Shown: positions 32,505-43,600 of the stretch, one piece after another
How positions within the stretch are numbered: position 1 is the stretch's first letter
Layout of the letters: the number at the start of each line of letters is the position of its first letter
Assembly: GCA_036004845.1 (NCBI GenBank)
Contig: DASYRA010000001.1
Location: forward strand, 71,554-135,553
Reading direction: 5' to 3'
Length of the DNA stretch: 64,000 nt
Source of the DNA: Candidatus Limnocylindria bacterium
GTDB taxonomy: Bacteria; Chloroflexota; Limnocylindria; QHBO01
Made by a program: the position numbers and the translations under genes
The notes under the pieces: generated by a model
Seen by the model: the letters and a program-made list of their open reading frames with translations, nothing else
What the model was told of the DNA's origin: nothing
Database searches by the model: none

Positions 32505-33652
32505 GCGGACGTCTCAAGGTCGGCATCTTCGCCGGTGGCCGCTCCGCCGAGCACGAGGTGAGCGTCAGTTCGGCCGACGCGGTCCTCCGTGCGATCGATC
32601 GCGAGCGGTTCGAGCCGTACCTGGTCTACATCGATCGGGAGGGGCGCTGGCACCTGCCGGCAGGCCCGGCGCCACAGCTGGGGGAGCGGCCGCTGGCCGA
32701 GCTGCTGGGGGCGGCGACGCCGGCCGAGCAGACGAGCCTGCTGCGCGCCCATGCCGACCTGCCCGTCGCGGTTGCCGACGAGCGTGCCGAGCTCGCGCCG
32801 CGCGCGGTCCTGCGCTCGCTGGCGGAGGCGATCGACGTCGCCTTCCTGGCGCTGCACGGACCCTTCGGCGAGGACGGCACCCTCCAGGGGTTCCTCGAGC
32901 TGGCCGGCATCCCGTACACCGGCGCCGGCGTCATGGCCAGCGCGGTCGCCATGGACAAGGTCGTCTTCAAGGACTTGATGCGGGGACACGGACTGCCGGT
33001 GGTGGAGTACGCCTGGTTCCGCCGCGGCGCCTGGCGCCGTGCGCCCGAGCGCGTCCTGCGCGACATCGCCGAGCGGGTCGGCGAGCGCTCCGTTGTCAAG
33101 CCCGCTCGCCTCGGCAGCAGTGTCGGGATGACCCTGGTCCACGGCCCCGACGAGCTCTCGGACGCGCTGGACGAGGCATTCCGCTACGACAGCAAGGTGA
33201 TCGTGGAGGCCTACGTCGCCGGTGCCCGGGAGCTCGAATGCGGCGTGCTGGGCAACGAGGAGCCGATCGTCTTCGAGCCTGGCGAGGTGATCAGCCACCA
33301 TGAGTGGTACGACTACGAGGCCAAGTACGTGCCGGGGCTGGCCGACGTCATCCCAGCCGCCGAGCTGGAACCGGAGCTGGCGGCCCGGGTCAGGGAGCTG
33401 GCGCTCGCCGCCTATCGGGCCGTTGACTGCGCGGGACTGGCCCGCGTCGACTTCCTCGTCCCCGCCGATGTCGTCTACCTCTCGGAGATGAACACGCTGC
33501 CCGGCTTCACCGCCACCAGCATGTACCCCAAGCAGGCGGAGCTGGCCGGCCTGGCATTCCCCGATCTGATCGCTCGGCTGATCGACCTCGGGCTGGCATC
33601 GGCTCGCGAGGGTCGCACGCCCGGCAACGGCGATCCACCCGCCGACCGATGA
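32501..33652 (+). CDS. ddl: D-alanine--D-alanine ligase
   Basis: LKVGIFAGGRSAEHEVS, HGPFGEDGTLQG, EMNTLPGFT. ATGA overlap with murB. The track ORF 31748-33652 is the same frame with a spurious upstream extension. Confidence 0.9.
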   Translation: MSGRLKVGIFAGGRSAEHEVSVSSADAVLRAIDRERFEPYLVYIDREGRWHLPAGPAPQLGERPLAELLGAATPAEQTSLLRAHADLPVAVADERAELAPRAVLRSLAEAIDVAFLALHGPFGEDGTLQGFLELAGIPYTGAGVMASAVAMDKVVFKDLMRGHGLPVVEYAWFRRGAWRRAPERVLRDIAERVGERSVVKPARLGSSVGMTLVHGPDELSDALDEAFRYDSKVIVEAYVAGARELECGVLGNEEPIVFEPGEVISHHEWYDYEAKYVPGLADVIPAAELEPELAARVRELALAAYRAVDCAGLARVDFLVPADVVYLSEMNTLPGFTATSMYPKQAELAGLAFPDLIARLIDLGLASAREGRTPGNGDPPADR

Positions 33653-34506
33653 ACCGTCGCTCGAAGCCGTCGCGCCGCCGCCCGTCCGCGCACGCCCACC
33701 GCCCAGGGCAGCCCCTCCGCAGGCGGGTGCGACGCGCGCTGCCGGCGCGGGGTCGGATCGCCGCCACCCTCCTGACCGCGGTCCTGGTCGGCGGGCTGCT
33801 GGCCCTCATCCATGGCCCGTGGCTGCGCGTCTCCACAGTCGCCTGGGCCGGGGATCGCTATACGCCCGCGACCCAACTGCAGCGCGCCCTGGCACCACTG
33901 GACGGGGCCGCGTTGCTGACCGTCGACGCGGCGGCGGTGGCGGCCCGGCTCCAGCGGCTGCCCGCGATCTCGCGCGCCACCGTCGAGACGCTCCTGCCTG
34001 ACACCGTCAGGGTGCACATCGTGGAGAAGGTGGCCACCATCGTCTGGCAGACGAGCGCCGTTCGCCTGCTCGGCAGCGCCGATGGCACGCTCATCGGCCA
34101 GGTCGCCTTGGAGGCTGACCTGCCGGCTGACATCGCCGCCCTGCCACTCGTCGACGACCGGCGCGTCGCCAGTCGGGACCTCATCGTCGGGGATCGCATC
34201 GACGCGGCGGCCCTGGCAGCGGCATTGCTGCTGTCGGAGGTGCAGCCGGCCGCGCTCGGGTCGGAGGCGATCGACCTCGAGGTGCGGCTGACCGACGCCG
34301 ACGGCTTCCTGCTTGTCTCGCGCGAGCCCGCCTGGGAGGCCGATTTCGGCTTCTACCCGGATGCCGACGACGGGGCATCCGGTGCGCTCGCGGAGCGGGT
34401 CGAAGCCCAGGTCACGGCCGTCCGCACCCTCTTCGCATTCGAGGGCGAGGGGACGGTGTCGTGGGTCGATGCCCGCGACCCTCGGAGGGTATATTGGCGC
34501 CCGTAA
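33649..34506 (+). CDS. ftsQ: Cell division protein FtsQ/DivIB (POTRA)
   Basis: Basic N-terminus, one TM (IAATLLTAVLVGGLLALI), POTRA-like VRVHIVEKVATIVWQ. Confidence 0.75.
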   Translation: MNRRSKPSRRRPSAHAHRPGQPLRRRVRRALPARGRIAATLLTAVLVGGLLALIHGPWLRVSTVAWAGDRYTPATQLQRALAPLDGAALLTVDAAAVAARLQRLPAISRATVETLLPDTVRVHIVEKVATIVWQTSAVRLLGSADGTLIGQVALEADLPADIAALPLVDDRRVASRDLIVGDRIDAAALAAALLLSEVQPAALGSEAIDLEVRLTDADGFLLVSREPAWEADFGFYPDADDGASGALAERVEAQVTAVRTLFAFEGEGTVSWVDARDPRRVYWRP

Positions 34507-34560
34507 CATCCGCAGCTCGGTCGAGACCGACCAGCGCGGCGCACGCAGGATGCATCTCCG

Positions 34561-34884
34561 ATGTGGCTAGCCCTGGGAGGCCTCGCCCTTGGCGTGGCGC
34601 TCGGCCTGGCGCTGAACGTGAACGTCAGCCCGGACCTGGCGCGCTACAGCGCGGTCGGCATCCTGGCAGGACTCGACTCGGTCCTCGGCGCGATCCGGGC
34701 GGAGCTGGACGCGCACTACGACAACCGGGTCTTCGTCACGGGCTTCGTGACCAACGCGCTGGTGGCGGTGGCGCTCACCTTCGTGGGCGACCGGCTGGGG
34801 ATCGACCTGTACCTGGTGGCGCTGTTCGCCTTCGGGCTGCGCATCTTCCAAAACGTGGCACTCATTCGCCGCCACTTCCTGTAG
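34561..34884 (+). CDS. sbp: Small basic protein Sbp (DUF1290)
   Basis: MWLALGGLALGVALGLALNVNVSPDLARYSAVGILAGLDSVLGAIRA closely parallels B. subtilis Sbp. Located between ftsQ and ftsA as in Firmicutes. Confidence 0.75.
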   Translation: MWLALGGLALGVALGLALNVNVSPDLARYSAVGILAGLDSVLGAIRAELDAHYDNRVFVTGFVTNALVAVALTFVGDRLGIDLYLVALFAFGLRIFQNVALIRRHFL

Positions 34885-34935
34885 GCTCGGGCACACCCGT
34901 GTCGCGGAAGCGCGGCGGGACCTACGGGAGGTAGC

Positions 34936-36174
34936 TTGGACAGGGAGACGGTCCTGGTCGGCATCGACGCCGGCACGACCAAGGTGACGACCCTCATCGG
35001 CGAGGTCAGTCGAGGGGGGGACGTCAACATCATCGGGTATGGGATCGCCCCTTCGGTCGGCATGAAGAAGGGGATGGTCGCCAACATCGACCAGACCGTG
35101 AACTCGATCGCCGCCAGCCTCGAGAAGGCGGAGCGCCTCTCCGGCTACAAGATCAGCTCGGCCTTCGTCGCCGTTGGCGGCAGCCACATCAGCAGCCAGA
35201 ACAGCCGCGGGGTGGTCGCCGTCTCCGGCCACAAGCGCGAGGTCAGCCGCGAGGACGTGGCCCGCGCGACCGAGGCAGCCAAGGCGATCCAGGTTCCGTC
35301 GAATCGCGAGATCCTGCACGTCATCCCGCGTGGCTACATCGTCGACGGGCAGGAGGGGATCAAGGACCCGCTCGGCATGAGCGCGGTGCGCCTGGAGGTC
35401 GAGACCCACATCGTCGCCGGGGCGGCGACCTCGGTCCAGAACCTGTCCAAGTGCATCGCCAACGCCAATGTCCAGATCGACGAGCTGGTGATCAGCTCGC
35501 TGGCGGCCGCGGAGGCGACCCTCACCGACACCGAGAAGGAGCTCGGGGTGATGGTCGCCGATATCGGTGGCGGCACCACCGACCTGGCGATCTTCACCGA
35601 TGGCGCGGTCTACCACTCCGCCGTGCTGCCGGTGGGGGCCATCAACGTCACCAACGACGTGGCCATCGGGTTGCGCACCAGCCTCGACCTGGCGGAGGAG
35701 ATCAAGATCAAGCACGGCTCCGCCAACCTGGCCGAGATCGCGCCGGAGGAGCTGCTGAACGTCGCCGTCCTGGGCGAGGGCGGCGGGCAGACGATCCAGC
35801 GCAAGAAGCTGTGCGAGATCATCGAGGCCCGCATGGGCGAGATCTATTCGCTCATCGGCGAGGAGATCAAACGCTCCGGCCATGCCGGCATGCTCCCGGC
35901 CGGGGTGGTGCTGACCGGAGGCGGCGCACGCCTGGGCGGCGTCGCGGAGCTCGCCCGCGAGGTCCTGCAGATGCCGGTCCGGGTGGCGGCGCCACAGGGC
36001 GTCGGGGGGCTGATGGATCAGCTCTCCAATCCCGCCTTCAGCACCCCGATCGGTCTGCTGCTGTGGGGCGCGCACCACATCGGCAGCGAGCCCATCAGCT
36101 TCACCACCGGCTCGCCGCTGAGCGGCGGGGTCGGCCGCTTCGTGGACTGGCTGCGAGGGCTCTTCCCGGGCTGA
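34936..36174 (+). CDS. ftsA: Cell division protein FtsA (actin-like ATPase)
   Basis: VGIDAGTTKV, DIGGGTTDLAIF. TTG start. Confidence 0.9.
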   Translation: MDRETVLVGIDAGTTKVTTLIGEVSRGGDVNIIGYGIAPSVGMKKGMVANIDQTVNSIAASLEKAERLSGYKISSAFVAVGGSHISSQNSRGVVAVSGHKREVSREDVARATEAAKAIQVPSNREILHVIPRGYIVDGQEGIKDPLGMSAVRLEVETHIVAGAATSVQNLSKCIANANVQIDELVISSLAAAEATLTDTEKELGVMVADIGGGTTDLAIFTDGAVYHSAVLPVGAINVTNDVAIGLRTSLDLAEEIKIKHGSANLAEIAPEELLNVAVLGEGGGQTIQRKKLCEIIEARMGEIYSLIGEEIKRSGHAGMLPAGVVLTGGGARLGGVAELAREVLQMPVRVAAPQGVGGLMDQLSNPAFSTPIGLLLWGAHHIGSEPISFTTGSPLSGGVGRFVDWLRGLFPG

Positions 36175-36198
36175 TCGGGAGCCATCGTGGGCGGCGAA

Positions 36199-36270
36199 TG
36201 TGGAGCAACCGCCGATCCCTCCACCGTGAATTCACCGCCTGTGGACAACTCGGCGGGCGGATGTGGATAA
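36199..36270 (-). promoter_or_regulatory. Three DnaA-box-like 9-mers in the same orientation plus a GTGAATTCAC palindrome in the ftsZ leader
   Basis: TGTGGAGCA (about 36199-36207, 7/9). TGTGGACAA (about 36240-36248, exact reverse complement of TTGTCCACA). TGTGGATAA (about 36262-36270, exact reverse complement of TTATCCACA). The palindrome is at about 36226-36235, and a -10-like TAGAAT at about 36299-36304. Confidence 0.45.
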
Positions 36271-36372
36271 ATCGGCCACGCCGCCTCGGCGGGGTCGTTA
36301 GAATCGGTCAAACCCGAGCGAGCTCCGGGTTCGCCCAGCAAGCAGCCAGCACCTTGTGCAGGAGAACCCCTC

Positions 36373-37632
<1,260 letters not shown>

Positions 37633-37649
37633 CGCTCTCATGGACCGAT

Positions 37650-37675
37650 ACGCCCCGGCCGAGCGGCCGGGGCGT
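37650..37675 (+). terminator. Terminator-like hairpin downstream of ftsZ (11-bp perfect GC stem, GAGC loop, no U-tract)
   Basis: ACGCCCCGGCC-GAGC-GGCCGGGGCGT, followed by TCGCAT. Confidence 0.4.
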
Positions 37676-37701
37676 TCGCATCTGCGCGACGCCCCCGTCC
37701 G

Positions 37702-38436
37702 ATGCTGCCGATTGACGAGCCTCCGCTCACCGCAGAGCTGATCCGCTCTCGTCACGACCGGCTGCTGATGCGGCTGCACGCCACGGCCGAGGCAGCCGGC
37801 CGGGACCCCGCCGCGGTCCGGGTGGTGGCGGTCACCAAGGGCTTTCCGTTCGGTGTGATTCGGGAGGCGATGGCCGCCGGTCTCGGCCGCTTCGGCGAGA
37901 ACCGGGTCCAGGAGGCGATCCCAAAGGTCGCGGCTGCGCCCGACGCCGAGTGGCATCTCGTCGGCCGCCTGCAGGCCAACAAGGCGCGGCCGGCGGTGCG
38001 TGGGTTCGCCGCCATCCACTCGGTCGATGCGCTCGACCTGCTTGCCCGCCTTGACCGCATCGCGGGCGAGGAATCCCTCACTCCGATGGCCCTCCTCCAG
38101 GTCAACGTCACCGGGGAGGGGAGCAAGGCCGGCTTCGCCCTCGACTGGTTCGAGTCGGCGGTGCTCAGGCCGGGCCCGCTGTCGGCGGCGATTGCCGACC
38201 TCGTCGCGCTCCGGCTGGTGGGGTTGATGACCATCGGGCCGGCCGGCGCTCCTCCTGCCGAGTCACGCCGGGCGTTCGCGACCCTGCGACGCCTGCGCGA
38301 TGCCCTGCAGCAGCTGAGCGGCCGTCCACTCCCCGAGCTGTCGATGGGGATGACCGCCGACGCCGATGCGGCGGTGGCCGAGGGGGCGACCCTGGTCCGC
38401 ATCGGAACGGCGATCTTCGGGCCACGGCCCGCCTGA
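37702..38436 (+). CDS. yggS: PLP homeostasis protein YggS/YlmE
   Basis: PLP Lys in AVTKGFP, LVGRLQANKAR, ELSMGMTADADAAVAEGATLVRIGTAIFG. Confidence 0.85.
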   Translation: MLPIDEPPLTAELIRSRHDRLLMRLHATAEAAGRDPAAVRVVAVTKGFPFGVIREAMAAGLGRFGENRVQEAIPKVAAAPDAEWHLVGRLQANKARPAVRGFAAIHSVDALDLLARLDRIAGEESLTPMALLQVNVTGEGSKAGFALDWFESAVLRPGPLSAAIADLVALRLVGLMTIGPAGAPPAESRRAFATLRRLRDALQQLSGRPLPELSMGMTADADAAVAEGATLVRIGTAIFGPRPA

Positions 38437-38461
38437 CCGCGCTGCTATCCTCGAAGTCGAG

Positions 38462-38710
38462 ATGCCACTTGTGATCGTCAACTTCCTCCAGCTGTTGATC
38501 AGCGTGCTGATGCTGCTGGTGATCGCCCGGGTCGTCGTCAGCTGGCTCGCCCCCAGCGGCGGGGGTGGCCTGGTCGCCTTCATCTACCAGGCGACGGAGC
38601 CGATCCTCGCCCCCATCCGACGGCTGATGCCGCCGACCGGCGGCCTCGACTGGGCGCCATTCATCGTGCTGCTGGTGCTCGGGCTGCTGCTCCAGGTCGT
38701 GCGCCGTTAG
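38462..38710 (+). CDS. yggT: YggT/YlmG family membrane protein
   Basis: 82 aa, 2 TM (LVIVNFLQLLISVLMLLVIARVVVSWL). The track ORF starts at 38366 inside yggS; an in-frame ATG at about 38462 is preferred. Confidence 0.7.
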   Translation: MPLVIVNFLQLLISVLMLLVIARVVVSWLAPSGGGGLVAFIYQATEPILAPIRRLMPPTGGLDWAPFIVLLVLGLLLQVVRR

Positions 38711-38713
38711 CCG

Positions 38714-38989
38714 GTGCCGACCGTCGAGCTCAGCGTCCGCGTCACGCCCCGCGCCGAAGCCGATCGGGTTGGGTTGTTTGCGGCCGGCGTGCTCCACGTC
38801 AGGGTTACTCGGCCACCCTCCGATGGCGAAGCCAACGTCGCGGTCCTCGCACTCCTCGCGCGGGCGCTGCGTGTGCCGCGCTCGGCCATCACCCTGGTGG
38901 GCGGAGCACGCTCGCGGACCAAGCGCTACATGATCGACGGCCTCTCAACAGCGGACCTGGCGGCCCGGCTCACCGCCGCCGACGATTGA
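38714..38989 (+). CDS. DUF167 (YggU) family protein
   Basis: LSVRVTPRAEADRVGLFAAGVLHVRVTRPPSDGEAN is the typical DUF167 pattern. yggS-yggT-yggU synteny. Confidence 0.65.
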   Translation: MPTVELSVRVTPRAEADRVGLFAAGVLHVRVTRPPSDGEANVAVLALLARALRVPRSAITLVGGARSRTKRYMIDGLSTADLAARLTAADD

Positions 38990-39026
38990 GGGGCGGGGGC
39001 TAATCGGTATACTGCGAGGCCCCGTG

Positions 39027-39103
39027 GGGCGATTAGCTCAGCTGGTTAGAGTGCACGGTTCACATCCGTGAGGTCACTGGTTCGAGTCCAGTATCGCCCA
39101 CCA
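39027..39103 (+). tRNA. tRNA-Val (anticodon CAC)
   Basis: GGGCGAT/ATCGCCC acceptor, D-arm GCTCAGCTGGTTAGAGT, anticodon stem CACGG/CCGTG with loop TTCACAT, T-arm GGTTCGAGTCC, discriminator A, encoded CCA. Confidence 0.9.
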
Positions 39104-39130
39104 TCAAAGATCCGCCGGCGCAGGTGACCG

Positions 39131-40432
39131 ATGCTCCCCATCCCGGCATCCTGGCGCCGCCGACTGAAGGGGATGCGCATCCTCCGGCCGCTCGCCGAGC
39201 GCGACTACGCGCTGCTGACCGGCGGCTCGCTCATCTCGATGCTGGGCGACGGCTTCTTCTACGTGGCGCTGGCGTGGCAGGTCTACCAGATCAGCAACGT
39301 CCCGACCGCCCTCTCCCTGGTCGGCCTGGCGTGGACCCTGCCGCTGGTCCTCTTCGTCGTCATCGGCGGCGTCTTCAGCGACCGGTACGACCGCCGTCTG
39401 CTGATGGTCGCCGCCGACCTGGTCCGCGCGCTGGCGATTGGGCTGATGGGGGTCATGTCGGTGCTCGGCGTGCTCGAGCTGTGGCACGTCATTGGGCTGA
39501 TCGCGTTTGTCGGGCTGGGTGACGCGTTCTTCAATCCGGCCTCGACCGCCATCGTGCCCGACCTGCTGCCTGAGGATCAGCTGGCCCAGGCCAACGCGCT
39601 GAACGGATTGATTCGGCCGCTCAGCATCCGCCTCATCGGCCCCGCGATCGGTGGCTTCACGGTGGCGGCCATCGGATCCGGGGCTGCCTTCCTGTTCGAC
39701 GCCGGCAGCTTCCTGGTCTCCGCCCTCGCCATCCTGGCCATCGCCCCGCGTCCGCGTCGCGTGGTGGTGGAGCACGGCTTTCGCCAGACGGTGGTCGAGG
39801 TCCGCGAAGGCGTCGCCTTCGTGCGGGCCACTCCCTGGGTGTGGGCCACGCTCGTCTCGGCGATGCTCAGCCTGCTCGTGTTCGTGGGCCCCGAGCAGGC
39901 CCTCCTGCCGTTCCTCGTCAAGAACCGGCTCGAGCTGGGCGCCGATGCGCTCGGCGCGATCTTCGCGGTGGGGGGCGTCGGGTCGGTGCTGACGGCGATC
40001 GCGGTCGGGCAGCTGGGTCAGCCGCGCCGGCGCGTGACGGCGATGTACCTCTCCTGGACGCTGGGGGTGCTGCTCATCGCCGGCTTCGGCCTGATGACCG
40101 AGCTCTGGCACGCCCTGCTCGTCTCCGCGGCGGTAGCGTCCCTCTTCGAGCTGGGCCAGATCATCTGGATCACGATGCTCCAGCAGCTCGTTCCACGCGA
40201 TCTGCTCGGCAGGGTCTCGAGCCTCGACTGGCTGGTCTCGATCGGCCTGACCCCGGTCTCGTTCGCGCTGACCGGGCCCGTTGCGGGCGCCATCGGGCCC
40301 GAATCGACCCTGATCCTGGCCGGCACGATCGGTTCGGTTCTGATGGGGGCGCTGCTGTTCTTTCCCGGCGTTCGTGACCCGGAGCGAGGAGAGATCCGGC
40401 CCGTCGAGACGGCCGCCGGCAAGCTGCCATGA
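39131..40432 (+). CDS. MFS transporter (12 TM)
   Basis: Hydropathy pattern and MFS motif GGVFSDRYDRRLLMVAADLVRA. Confidence 0.8.
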   Translation: MLPIPASWRRRLKGMRILRPLAERDYALLTGGSLISMLGDGFFYVALAWQVYQISNVPTALSLVGLAWTLPLVLFVVIGGVFSDRYDRRLLMVAADLVRALAIGLMGVMSVLGVLELWHVIGLIAFVGLGDAFFNPASTAIVPDLLPEDQLAQANALNGLIRPLSIRLIGPAIGGFTVAAIGSGAAFLFDAGSFLVSALAILAIAPRPRRVVVEHGFRQTVVEVREGVAFVRATPWVWATLVSAMLSLLVFVGPEQALLPFLVKNRLELGADALGAIFAVGGVGSVLTAIAVGQLGQPRRRVTAMYLSWTLGVLLIAGFGLMTELWHALLVSAAVASLFELGQIIWITMLQQLVPRDLLGRVSSLDWLVSIGLTPVSFALTGPVAGAIGPESTLILAGTIGSVLMGALLFFPGVRDPERGEIRPVETAAGKLP

Positions 40433-41646
40433 GGGGCGATCAGCCGCTGCGCATCGCGATCTTTGGCGAGACGTACCTGCCGTACCTCTCCGGGGTGACG
40501 GTCTCGACCGAGGCGCTCGCTCGCGGGCTGGAGGTGGCGGGACACGAGGTGCTGCTGGTCGTGCCACGGCCGGCCGAGGGTACGGATCCGGGGACCGCCG
40601 GCGCACTGGGGCCCGACCCCCGCGTGGTCTGGCTCCCATCTTTCCAGGTGCCGGGTCCGGCACCGGCGGGCTACCGGGTGCCGTGGCCGCTCCCGTCCGC
40701 GGCGCTCGAGGAGGCCGCCGCCTTCAGCCCGCAGATCATCCACGCCCAGTCGCCGTTCAGCTCCGGGCTGATGGCACGACGCCTGGCTCGACGGCTCGGC
40801 GTTCCGCTGGTCTTCACGCATCACACCCGCTTCGGCGACTACCGTCATTACCTGGGTCCGCTGGCGGGTCCGGGGTCCGGGCTGATGGACGCCTACCTGC
40901 TGCGGTTCTGGCGGGGCTGCGCGGCGGTCGTGGCTCCGGGCAGCGAGCTGTCGAGCGAGATCCGCGACCGCCTTGGAGCGAGGCACCCGACCGTGGTCCG
41001 GACGATCCCGACCGGGATCGAGGTCGCCGCGCTCGCGAAGCTGCCAGCCGTCGACCCCCGGCCGCAGGCCGGATGGCCAGCCGAGGCGCTGGTGGTGGTG
41101 ACCCTCGGCCGTCTGGCGCCGGAGAAGAGCGTGGACCTGACCGTGGATGCCTTCGCCGAGGTCGCGTCCGGCGGGGCCGAGATCCGCCTGCTGATGATCG
41201 GCGGCGGCCCATCTGAGGCCTCGCTGCGTGAGCGGGCCGCGCAGCCCGACCTGGCCGGCCGGGTGCACTTCACCGGCCAACGTCCGCGCAGCGAGGCGCT
41301 GTCGCTGGCCAAGGGGGCAGACCTCTTCGTCGGGGCGTCACGCACCGAGACGCAGGGGCTCGTTCTGGCCGAGGCGCTCGCGGTGGGGCTGCCGGTGGTG
41401 GCCCTCGCCGGCCCCGGCGTCAGCGACTCGGTGCGGGACGGGGTGGATGGGCTGATCGTCCCGGCCGAGCCGGCGGCTGAGCGACGGATGCGGCTGGCCG
41501 CCGCCATCCGAGGCCTGCTGCGCGACCCCGCTCGCCGTGGCGCGATGGCCGCGGCCGCCGTCGCCGGGGCCGAACGCTTCGACGTGGCGACCCGGATCGC
41601 CAGCATCGTCTCGCTCTACCGGGAGCTTCTCGCCGAACGAAGGTGA
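40429..41646 (+). CDS. Glycosyltransferase family 4 (GT-B, EX7E)
   Basis: N-terminal [15 protein letters not shown]; C-terminal GT1 region [24 protein letters not shown]. Confidence 0.8.
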   Translation: MRGDQPLRIAIFGETYLPYLSGVTVSTEALARGLEVAGHEVLLVVPRPAEGTDPGTAGALGPDPRVVWLPSFQVPGPAPAGYRVPWPLPSAALEEAAAFSPQIIHAQSPFSSGLMARRLARRLGVPLVFTHHTRFGDYRHYLGPLAGPGSGLMDAYLLRFWRGCAAVVAPGSELSSEIRDRLGARHPTVVRTIPTGIEVAALAKLPAVDPRPQAGWPAEALVVVTLGRLAPEKSVDLTVDAFAEVASGGAEIRLLMIGGGPSEASLRERAAQPDLAGRVHFTGQRPRSEALSLAKGADLFVGASRTETQGLVLAEALAVGLPVVALAGPGVSDSVRDGVDGLIVPAEPAAERRMRLAAAIRGLLRDPARRGAMAAAAVAGAERFDVATRIASIVSLYRELLAERR

Positions 41647-41974
41647 GGATCGCCCAACTGCTTGCGCCGGCTGCGGCGCCGCGTACAATGCCAGCCATGC
41701 GCGCGAGTCTGACGGCCCGGTTCGTCTCCCATCCCGCGATCGACTTCGGGGCACGACGCGCAGCCGGTCGCGGGCGGACCCTCGGCCTGAGGACCTCCTC
41801 GCTGATCTACCACGCCTCATCGTTCGCGCACCATCGCGCGCCGACCATCGCCGCCCTCCGTTCACCGACGAGTCGCTTCCGCTTCCCGTCGGTCGGCAGC
41901 GTCGGCCGCGTCAGCCCGCGTCGCGCCCTCCTGTCGCTCGGGCTTCCGCGCGCCCGTCGCGCGTAGCGGCGCGG

Positions 41975-42445
41975 GTGCCCGCGCTGCGTTCCGCCCGAGC
42001 AACCTCGGCCGGCGGAGTCGTCCACCGCAGTGAGGGCGGTCGCCTCGAGATCGTCCTGGTTCGCCGGCGCCAGCCGCCCCTGTGGGCCCTGCCCAAGGGC
42101 ACGCCCGACTCGGGCGAGACGCTGGCGGAGACCGCCATCCGCGAGACGCGGGAGGAGACGGGCCTGCAGGTCGAGATCGAGGAGCCGATCAGCGCCATCA
42201 AATACTTCTTCGTCCACGGCCGGACGCGCTTCCACAAGACCGTCCATTTCTTCCTGATGCATCCGATCGGCGGCCGCCTGGAGGACCACGACCATGAGTT
42301 CGACGAGGTCCGCTGGGTGCACATCGACGAGGCGCTGCGGGTGATGAACCACGCCACCGAGCGCGGGGTCGTGCAGCGCGCCGCCGAGATCCTTTCCGCG
42401 CGCGCCGAGATGGCGGAGCTGGTGGTCCGGGGAGCACCATCGTGA
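41975..42445 (+). CDS. NUDIX hydrolase
   Basis: Nudix box [23 protein letters not shown]. The start is uncertain (GTG 41975). The track ORF 41537-42445 extends the same frame 330 nt upstream with low-complexity sequence. Confidence 0.7.
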   Translation: MPALRSARATSAGGVVHRSEGGRLEIVLVRRRQPPLWALPKGTPDSGETLAETAIRETREETGLQVEIEEPISAIKYFFVHGRTRFHKTVHFFLMHPIGGRLEDHDHEFDEVRWVHIDEALRVMNHATERGVVQRAAEILSARAEMAELVVRGAPS

Positions 42446-43566
42446 CCGAGGCCCCCGCCCTGCTGCGTCATACGCCGCTGCACGCTGCCCACCTTGCGCT
42501 CGAGGCGCGGATGGTCCCGTACGCCGGCTATGAGATGCCGGTGCAGTACACCTCGATCATCGAGGAGCACCGGACCGTGCGCGGTGCCGTCGGCCTCTTC
42601 GACCTGTCGCACATGGGCGAGCTGCACCTGTCAGGGTCGGAGGCACTGGCCTTTGCCCGCTACGCGTTCGTCAGCGATCCCGGCCTGTTGGAGCCGGGGC
42701 AGGCCCAGTACTCCATGCTGTGCGCGGCCGACGGCGGGATCATCGACGACGTGATCGTGTACCGGGTCGAGGACGGCTACCTGATCGTATGCAACGCCGC
42801 CAACCACGATGCGGTGCTGGCGCACCTTGAGTCACTGGTGGCCCACGGCGACTTCGACATCTCGCTGGCGGACCGCTCCGACGAGACGGCCCTGATCGCG
42901 CCGCAGGGTCCCCGCGCCGCGGAGCTACTGAGCCGGCTGACCGATGTGGACCTCAGCGGGCTGGGCAACTATCGCTCGATGCCGGGCCGGGTCGCCGGGA
43001 CCGAGTGCCTGGTGGCGCGCACCGGCTACACCGGAGAGGACGGCTTCGAGCTCTTCTGCGCCGCCCGACGCGCCCAGCGCCTGTGGGATGCGCTGGTGTC
43101 GACCGGCGCGGACCTGGGTCTCCAGCCGTGCGGGCTCGGCAGCAGGGACACGCTTCGCCTGGAGGCGGGGATGCCGCTGTACGGGAACGAGCTCGACCGA
43201 TCGGTCAATCCGTACGAGGCCAACCTCGGCCGCGTGGTCAAGCTGGAGAAGGGCGAGTTCGTGGGACGTGGCGCGCTGGCCGCGGTGCAGCAGACCGGTC
43301 CGCAGCGGAAGCTGGTCGGCCTGGTGATGCGCGACGAGGCGATCGGCCGCCACGGCTATCCGGTGCTGATCGACGGCGCAGAGGTCGGGGTGGTGACCAG
43401 CGGGACGCTGTCGCCGACGCTCGGTGAGCGGATCGCGATGGCCTACCTCCCCGCGGCCGCCGCTGCGGTTGGCGAGCAGGTCGAGGTGCTCGTCCGCGAG
43501 CGCCCGCACCCTGCCGAGCAGGTAAAGTTGCCGTTCTACCGACGCCCAAAGCCGGACGCTGCCTGA
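42442..43566 (+). CDS. gcvT: Glycine cleavage system T protein (aminomethyltransferase)
   Basis: [34 protein letters not shown]. Confidence 0.9.
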   Translation: MTEAPALLRHTPLHAAHLALEARMVPYAGYEMPVQYTSIIEEHRTVRGAVGLFDLSHMGELHLSGSEALAFARYAFVSDPGLLEPGQAQYSMLCAADGGIIDDVIVYRVEDGYLIVCNAANHDAVLAHLESLVAHGDFDISLADRSDETALIAPQGPRAAELLSRLTDVDLSGLGNYRSMPGRVAGTECLVARTGYTGEDGFELFCAARRAQRLWDALVSTGADLGLQPCGLGSRDTLRLEAGMPLYGNELDRSVNPYEANLGRVVKLEKGEFVGRGALAAVQQTGPQRKLVGLVMRDEAIGRHGYPVLIDGAEVGVVTSGTLSPTLGERIAMAYLPAAAAAVGEQVEVLVRERPHPAEQVKLPFYRRPKPDAA

Positions 43567-43600
43567 GGCGCGACCACCGAACTGCCCACGAAGGAGCCCG

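Noticed and set aside
36226-36235. GTGAATTCAC palindrome as a parS site
   Set aside because: parS consensus is tGTTtCACGTGAAACa with a CACGTG core; this palindrome has an AATT core and no flanking match. It is kept only as part of the ftsZ-leader finding.
41647-42441. Glycine riboswitch upstream of the gcv operon
   Set aside because: No GGAGAG...CTCTGGAGAG...ACCGAAGGGGCAA-type conserved cores found in the spacer before NUDIX/gcvT. gcvT is also translationally coupled to the NUDIX gene rather than preceded by a leader.
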